The notes under the pieces were generated by a model that ran no database searches, was not told where the DNA came from, and saw only the letters and a list, made by a program, of their open reading frames with translations. From Nannocystis bainbridge (GTDB lineage Bacteria; Myxococcota_A; Polyangia; Nannocystales; Nannocystaceae), in NCBI RefSeq assembly GCF_028368995.1, contig NZ_JAQNDL010000001.1:832001-896000 (forward strand): 64,000 nt of DNA, in the 5' to 3' direction. The stretch's first letter is position 1. Every line of letters begins with the position of its first letter. Shown here one piece after another: positions 57,640 through 64,000 of this stretch. The translations under genes were made by a program, and so were the position numbers.

Positions 57640-57761
57640 ATGTATGACTCTTTGGACATGTCCCGTTAGACATCTCGCTCCTCACGCCTGAAGCCGTCGA
57701 CGGGACCTGGCCCAGCGCCGGTCACCGCTCCCCGGCGCGACATGTCCATTCGAACATGTCG
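57640..57761. repeat. 14-bp-period CATG blocks
   Basis: Cores at 57643/57657/57671 and 57741/57755. Confidence 0.65.
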
Positions 57762-57818
57762 CTATTAGAGAAAACATCTCACGACAGGCCCGCCGTCACG
57801 GCGGAGCAGGTTCTTCGC

Positions 57819-58487
57819 ATGCGCAAAGCCATCGCCACAGTCATCCTCGTCTCGACGGTCTCCCTCCTCTCTCCCGCGTCCACGCGCGCCTGCGGCGGCA
57901 AGGGCCTGTGGGGCCCCGAGCATGACGAGTTGAACCAGGCCGCCAGGTCGATCGAGCGCGGTCGTCATGGCGAGGCCGTCGCGCAGGTGCGTCGTACCGT
58001 CAAGACGGCCGCCGAGTCGGCCTCGCCGGTCGCGGGCGCCGATCCATGGGTTCACAACCGGGCCCGCCAGCTGCTCGCCCTCGCGGTGGCGCGCAGCGCC
58101 GGCGCCGTGACGATCGCCCCGGGCCTCGGTGGCAAGCGCAAGGAGCACCGCAGCGCCGCGATCACCTGGGCGATCTCGGCGATGCGCGCCGACATCTCGC
58201 CGAGGACCGGCCAGCTCGCGTGCGAGCTCGGCCAGTGCCGCACCCTCGACGACCCGGCCTACACGGGGGCTCTGGCCGAAGCGCTGGCGCTCGTCGAGGA
58301 TTCGCGCCCCGAGGCCTACCGCTTGCTCAAGGATCTGGGCGACCATGATCTCATGCCGACCGCGCAGAGCTGGGCTGTGCTCGCCGCGCTCCACCGTCAG
58401 CGCGGCGAGCTCGAAGCCGGGGCCGTCGCCCTCGAACGCTGCCGCCAGCAGGCGGCCAAGGGGGTTCGGTGCGACGTCACCCTGTGA
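57819..58487 (+). CDS. Secreted helical (TPR-like) protein, paralog B
   Basis: Signal peptide TRA-CG; shares RA..LLAL.VARS.G and DLMPTA motifs with the upstream gene. Confidence 0.75.
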   Translation: MRKAIATVILVSTVSLLSPASTRACGGKGLWGPEHDELNQAARSIERGRHGEAVAQVRRTVKTAAESASPVAGADPWVHNRARQLLALAVARSAGAVTIAPGLGGKRKEHRSAAITWAISAMRADISPRTGQLACELGQCRTLDDPAYTGALAEALALVEDSRPEAYRLLKDLGDHDLMPTAQSWAVLAALHRQRGELEAGAVALERCRQQAAKGVRCDVTL

Positions 58488-59755
58488 TCGCCGGCCCGGG
58501 CGCGCAGCCCCGCGGCCTCGCCGTCGCTTCGCTGACTGTCCTTTTATTCATGTCGTGCGGGACAGGTCCAAAAGACCCGGTCGACATCCCCGCCCCCGCC
58601 ATGCCATCCGCCGTCCCCGCGGCCGTGCTCGAGCCGGCCGCCGACCCCGCCGCCGTCGCGCGCGGGCAGCTCCTCGTCGACCGCTTCGAGTGCGTACGCT
58701 GCCACGACATCCCCGGCCGTGAGCCGGCCCCGCTCGAGAAGCACTGCGTGCGCTGTCACCAGGACATCCTCGCCGGCCGGTTCCCGGCCCCGCCGGAGAC
58801 CCTGCGCGAGTGGCAGGGTCATATCCACCACCTCACCGACGTCCCCGCGCTGCGCGGCCTCGATCGCTTCCGCCGGGCCTGGCTGGCCGCATGGTTGCAT
58901 GCCCCGCACGACCTGCGCCCCGGCCTCGACACGACCATGCCGCGCCTGGCTCTCGGGACAGCCGAGGCCGCCGACCTGGCCGCCGCGCTCATCCCCGACG
59001 CCGAGGCCGCCGCCCCGATCGCCGGCGATCTCGAGCGCGGCCGCGAGCTGTTCGGCCTCAAGTCGTGCGCCCTGTGCCACCGCTTCACCGGCGCCCCGAC
59101 CATCCCCCCCGCGCCCCGGTTGCCCGTCCCGCTCGACGACGCCCAGCTACAGCGCGGCCTGGCCCAGGCCCCCGACCTCCGGTTCACGCGCGAGCGCATG
59201 CGCCCCGCCGCGCTCGTCGCCTGGTTGATCGATCCGCCGCGGCACAAGCCCGGCACGCCGATGCCCCAGATCCCGCTCACCGAGGCCGACGCGCGCGCCC
59301 TCGCGGCCTGGCTCGTCGAGGTCCCGCTCGCGCCGCCGCCCGCTCCGAAGCCCGTGCAGCGCCTCCCCTTGCTCGACCGCCGCGTCACCTGGGCCGAGGT
59401 CGAAGCCCAAGTGTTTAAAAAAACCTGCTGGCACTGCCACTCCGATCCGGACTTCGCCCGCGGCGACGGCGGCCCGGGCAACAGCGGCGGCTACGGCTTC
59501 ACGCCGCGCCGGCTCGACCTCGCCTCCTACACCGGCATCAGCTCGGGCAGCGTCGGCGACGACGGCAAGCGGCGCAGCGTGTTCGCCCCGCTGGCCGACG
59601 GGACCCCGCGGATCGTCGCCCACCTGCTCGCGCGCCACGCCGAGGTCGAGGGCGGCGCGCCGGAGCAGCGCGGCATGCCGCTCGGCCTCACGCCGGTGCC
59701 GCTGGCCGACATCCAGCTGGTCGACACCTGGATCGCCCAGGGCCGGCCGCAGTGA
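58484..59755 (+). CDS. Tetra-haem c-type cytochrome lipoprotein
   Basis: CVRCH x2, CALCH, CWHCH; MP axial motifs; GTGA overlap with paralog B. Confidence 0.88.
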   Translation: MIAGPGAQPRGLAVASLTVLLFMSCGTGPKDPVDIPAPAMPSAVPAAVLEPAADPAAVARGQLLVDRFECVRCHDIPGREPAPLEKHCVRCHQDILAGRFPAPPETLREWQGHIHHLTDVPALRGLDRFRRAWLAAWLHAPHDLRPGLDTTMPRLALGTAEAADLAAALIPDAEAAAPIAGDLERGRELFGLKSCALCHRFTGAPTIPPAPRLPVPLDDAQLQRGLAQAPDLRFTRERMRPAALVAWLIDPPRHKPGTPMPQIPLTEADARALAAWLVEVPLAPPPAPKPVQRLPLLDRRVTWAEVEAQVFKKTCWHCHSDPDFARGDGGPGNSGGYGFTPRRLDLASYTGISSGSVGDDGKRRSVFAPLADGTPRIVAHLLARHAEVEGGAPEQRGMPLGLTPVPLADIQLVDTWIAQGRPQ

Positions 59756-59861
59756 GCCTGGCGCAAGGGACATTTCTCTTCAAACATGTCCTTAAGAACA
59801 TTCTCGAAGGAGCATGTTCAAACGGACATCTAATTTCGCCCGATCGGCGACACCCATGTCC
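59754..59861. repeat. 14-bp-period CATG array
   Basis: Cores at 59757, 59771, 59785, 59799, 59813, 59827, and in phase again at 59855. Confidence 0.85.
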
Positions 59862-60090
59862 TCCGGGACACCTCGTCGTCGGGCTCTGCTCGCAGCCATG
59901 GATTAGAGACACCTCCCTATCATCCCCGCCGCGGTCGGGCTTGCGCCCGCCTTCGCCGCCGCGCGGCGAGCTCGCCGCCGGGCGAGCGCGCTCACATGGC
60001 CGGTCAGAACTCCGCTCCGCAGCCTGCAGCGGCGGCGCGTCGGCGGCCTCGCGCCTTGGACCCGCGGCGGGCGTCAGGTAGCGTCCTGGC

Positions 60091-62544
60091 ATGCGCCTCA
60101 GCTACCACCAGCTCGTCGATCGCGTCCGCGCCCGCGTCTCGGGGGTCACTGCCGCGGAGCTCGCGGCGCGGCGCGGCGCCACCGGCGATCGCAGCGTCGT
60201 GCTCGACGTGCGCGAGCCTGAAGAATTCGCCGGCTCGGGCACCCTCGCCGGCGCCGTGCACGTCCCGCGCGGCCTCGTCGAGAAGCTGGCCGCCGACATC
60301 CTGCCCGACCTCGACGCCGCGATCGTCGTCGTCTGCGCCTCCGGGCACCGCGCCGTGCTCGTCGCCGACGTCTTGCAGCTGCTCGGCTACACCCGCGCCC
60401 AGTACCTCGAGGGCGGCCTCTTGGCCTGGCAGGCCGCCGGTCTGCCGGTCGCCGCTTGCGCCGCCGCGCGCGCCGCTGCGGCGTCCGCCTGCGTCCGCAC
60501 CCCGACCTGGGCCGACATCCGCGCCGCCTTCCCGATCGTCGGCCGCCAGGTCCCGGTCATGGGCGAGGGCGAGCGGGCCCTCCTCTACCTCGATCACGCC
60601 GCCTCCACCCACGCCCCCGATCGGGTCCTCGATCGCTACGCCCGCTTCATGGCCGGCGAGTACGCCAACATCCACCGCGGCACCCACCTGCTCTCGCGCA
60701 AGGCCACCGAGCACTTCGACGAGTGTTACTACGTCGTCTCCGACTTCATCGGCGGCGACCTCGAGCGCGACTGCGTGGTCTTCCTCGGCAACACCACCCA
60801 GGCCGTCGACCTCGCCGCCCACGTCATGGCCGCGCTGCCGGGCAAGGTCATCGTCACCGAGCTCGAGCACCACTCCAACGACCTCCCGCACCGCAACCGC
60901 GGCCCCGTCCTGCGCGCCCGGATCACCCCTGACGGTCGCCTCGACATGGACCACCTGGCCCAGCTGTTGCGGCACAACCAGGTCAAGCTGGTCGCCGTCA
61001 CCGGCGCCAGCAACGTCACCGGCTGGATGCCCGACATCCACGCCATCGCCCGCCTCGCCCACGAGCACGGCGCGCTGATCCTCGTCGACGCCGCCCAGCT
61101 GCTCGCGCACCAGCGCATCGACGTGAGGCCCGCCGGCGATCCCGAGCACCTCGATTTCGTCGCCGCCGCCGGTCACAAGGCCTACGCCCCGTTCGGCGCC
61201 GCCTTCCTCTACGGCCCGCGCGGCATCATGGACGCGGCCCCGCCCTACCTGCCCGGTGGTGGCACCGCCTCACGCGTCGGCCCGCACAGCGTCGAGTATG
61301 TCAGCGCCCCCGATCGCCACCAGGGCGGCACCCCCAACATCGGCGGCGTGCTCGCCCTCGCCGAGGCCCTGCGCTTCCTCGACGGCATCGGCATGGCCCA
61401 CGTGCGCCAGCACGAGCTCGCGCTGACGCGGCGGGCCATGGCCGGCATGCAGGCGCTCGGCGTCACCCTCTACGGCCCCGCCGATCCCGACGCCCGCCTC
61501 GGCGTCCTCAGCTTCAACGCCGTCGGCGTCTCCGATCCGCTGGCCGCCGCCGTGCTCAGCGAGGAGCGCGGCATCGCCGTCCGCAACGGTCGCTTCTGCG
61601 CCCACGTCCACGTCGACCGCCTGCTCGCCAGCCAGGGCGGCGCCACCCCCGAGCCCGGCAGCGCCCCCGGGGCCGTGCGCGCCTCGTTCGGCCTCTACAA
61701 CGACGAGGCCGACGTCGACCGCCTGCTCGAGGGCGTGGCTGTCCTTCAGGACAGGCGATGGGTCGGCCGCTACCGCGTCCGCGCCGCCGGCGTCACCGCC
61801 GAATTCGCCGGCCGCTGCAACGACCGCTGGATGGAGGCCGACGCTCCGAGCCCGCCCGCCCACGTCGACGGCGACCCTGGCGACGCCCTGCTGTTCGCCC
61901 AGCTCAACCCGAGCGGCCCGACGCGCTCCTACCTGGTCGCCGATCGCAAGACCGGCGCCGCCATGCTCGTCGATCCGCGGCGCGACCAGGTCGACCGCTA
62001 CCTCGCCGAGCTGCAGCGCCACGGCCTGCGCCTCGAGCTCGTGCTCGACACCCACACCCACGGCGATCACCTCTCCGGCGCCAAGCGGCTCAAGGACCTC
62101 CTCGGCTGCGAGATCGCCATGCACCGGGCCGCCGCCGCTCCCTGCGTCGATCGCCCGCTCGACGACGGCGACTCCATCGCGCTCGGCGGCCTCGCGCTCG
62201 AGGTCTGGCACACCCCCGGCCACACCCCCGACTCCCTGTGCCTCCTCTTGCCCGATCGCGTGCTCACCGGCGACACCTTGTGGCTCGGTGGCACCGGCGG
62301 CTGCGACCTCGCCGGCGACCCGGCCGCCCTCGCCGCCAGCCTGCTGCGCCTGCGCGGGCTGCCCGCCCACACCGAGGTGTGGCCGCTACACGACTTCGAG
62401 GGCCGCGGCCGCGGCACCATCGGCGAGGAGGCCGGCCAGAACCCGTTCCTCCAGGGCGACCTCGGCCAGCTGCGCGCGCGCCTGGCCCCCGGCCGGGCCG
62501 AGGCCAGCGCCGTCAGCCAGGCCAACGCCGCCTGTCAGACATGA
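60091..62544 (+). CDS. Rhodanese / class V PLP cysteine desulfurase (SufS-like) / MBL-fold persulfide dioxygenase-like fusion
   Basis: LDVRE..E, CASGHRA, LEGG..AW; YLDHAAS, EHHSN, DAAQ, GHK, RNGRFCAH; HTHGDH, HTPGHT, TGD, HD. Confidence 0.88.
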   Translation: MRLSYHQLVDRVRARVSGVTAAELAARRGATGDRSVVLDVREPEEFAGSGTLAGAVHVPRGLVEKLAADILPDLDAAIVVVCASGHRAVLVADVLQLLGYTRAQYLEGGLLAWQAAGLPVAACAAARAAAASACVRTPTWADIRAAFPIVGRQVPVMGEGERALLYLDHAASTHAPDRVLDRYARFMAGEYANIHRGTHLLSRKATEHFDECYYVVSDFIGGDLERDCVVFLGNTTQAVDLAAHVMAALPGKVIVTELEHHSNDLPHRNRGPVLRARITPDGRLDMDHLAQLLRHNQVKLVAVTGASNVTGWMPDIHAIARLAHEHGALILVDAAQLLAHQRIDVRPAGDPEHLDFVAAAGHKAYAPFGAAFLYGPRGIMDAAPPYLPGGGTASRVGPHSVEYVSAPDRHQGGTPNIGGVLALAEALRFLDGIGMAHVRQHELALTRRAMAGMQALGVTLYGPADPDARLGVLSFNAVGVSDPLAAAVLSEERGIAVRNGRFCAHVHVDRLLASQGGATPEPGSAPGAVRASFGLYNDEADVDRLLEGVAVLQDRRWVGRYRVRAAGVTAEFAGRCNDRWMEADAPSPPAHVDGDPGDALLFAQLNPSGPTRSYLVADRKTGAAMLVDPRRDQVDRYLAELQRHGLRLELVLDTHTHGDHLSGAKRLKDLLGCEIAMHRAAAAPCVDRPLDDGDSIALGGLALEVWHTPGHTPDSLCLLLPDRVLTGDTLWLGGTGGCDLAGDPAALAASLLRLRGLPAHTEVWPLHDFEGRGRGTIGEEAGQNPFLQGDLGQLRARLAPGRAEASAVSQANAACQT

Positions 62545-62602
62545 ACCTTCGGACATGCCCGATCGGCCATGCCCTGCGGGACATGGCCCCGGGAACATGC
62601 CC
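62537..62602. repeat. 14-bp-period CATG array (5 units)
   Basis: CATG at 62540, 62554, 62568, 62582, 62596. Confidence 0.95.
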
Positions 62603-62616
62603 CGAGGGCCACCCGC

Positions 62617-63438
<822 letters not shown>

Positions 63439-63477
63439 ACTGTCAATATACCACGTTCAGCGCCGGCCGGCCGCCGA

Positions 63478-63501
63478 CCACATGTCCCGAGGGACATGCG
63501 A
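63478..63501. repeat. 14-bp-period CATG pair
   Basis: CATGTCCCGAGGGACATG; cores at 63481, 63495. Confidence 0.7.
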
Positions 63502-63563
63502 CCCTGTGACTCCGGCGTCGCCCGCTCGCACCCGCCCGCACGTCCTACGCTATCGTCGCCGGC

Positions 63564-64000
63564 ATGCGGACGCGCTCGCTCTGGTCTCTCCTCGCCCTGC
63601 TGGCCGGTTGCGCCGACCGCGGGCGCGAGCCGGCGGATCCACCGTCCACGCCCGGCGACCGCGACGCACCGGGTCCGACGCTCGCGCTCGGCGTCAGCCA
63701 CACCTGCGCGCTCGAACGCGGCGAGGTGTACTGCTGGGGCTTCGGCGGTCACGGTCAGCTCGGCCTCGGCGACCGCAGCGATCGCAGCGAGCCCACGCGC
63801 GTGCCCGGCCTCGCCGACGTCGTCGCCGTCACCGCGGGCACCTGGCACACCTGCGCCCTGCGGCGCGGCGGCGAGGTCCTGTGCTGGGGCGATGGTTCGC
63901 TCGGCCAGCTCGGCGACGGCCTCCTCGGCACCCGCCCGCGCCCGAGCCCCGTCGCCGGTCTGCGGGCCGTGGCGATCGGCGCCGGTGGTTCTCACACCTG
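63564..64000 (+). CDS. RCC1-repeat lipoprotein, 3'-truncated by window edge
   Basis: MRTRSLWSLLALLAGC; G.SHTCAL..GEVYCWG...GQLG repeated; not in the ORF track because it has no stop in the window. Confidence 0.88.
   Translation, partial: MRTRSLWSLLALLAGCADRGREPADPPSTPGDRDAPGPTLALGVSHTCALERGEVYCWGFGGHGQLGLGDRSDRSEPTRVPGLADVVAVTAGTWHTCALRRGGEVLCWGDGSLGQLGDGLLGTRPRPSPVAGLRAVAIGAGGSHT

Overview
Very GC-rich window whose gene content (MYXO-CTERM-anchored proteins, DUF4215 Cys-rich repeats, Thr-rich lipoproteins, many Ser/Thr kinases) points to a myxobacterium, probably Nannocystaceae-like (inference). It holds about 45 credible CDS: an XPB-like helicase/DUF790 nuclease pair, surface proteins and lipoproteins, M36 and M28 peptidases, thiolase, two Ser/Thr kinases, a Mur-ligase/NlpC-P60 pair, a copper monooxygenase-like lipoprotein, a tetra-haem cytochrome, and a rhodanese/cysteine desulfurase/persulfide dioxygenase triple fusion. 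I saw no rRNA, tRNA, CRISPR array, integrase or transposase. The most striking non-coding signal is a dispersed family of about 29 short arrays in which a degenerate palindrome (GGRCATGYCC-like, CATG core) recurs with a 14-bp period. An array sits at every one of the 11 convergent gene junctions, and several are embedded in-frame in proteins. A second unusual structure is an 80-bp tandem repeat that turns the helicase/nuclease start-stop overlap into a relay of three 28-aa mini-ORFs. All product calls come from motif recognition by eye, not database searches.
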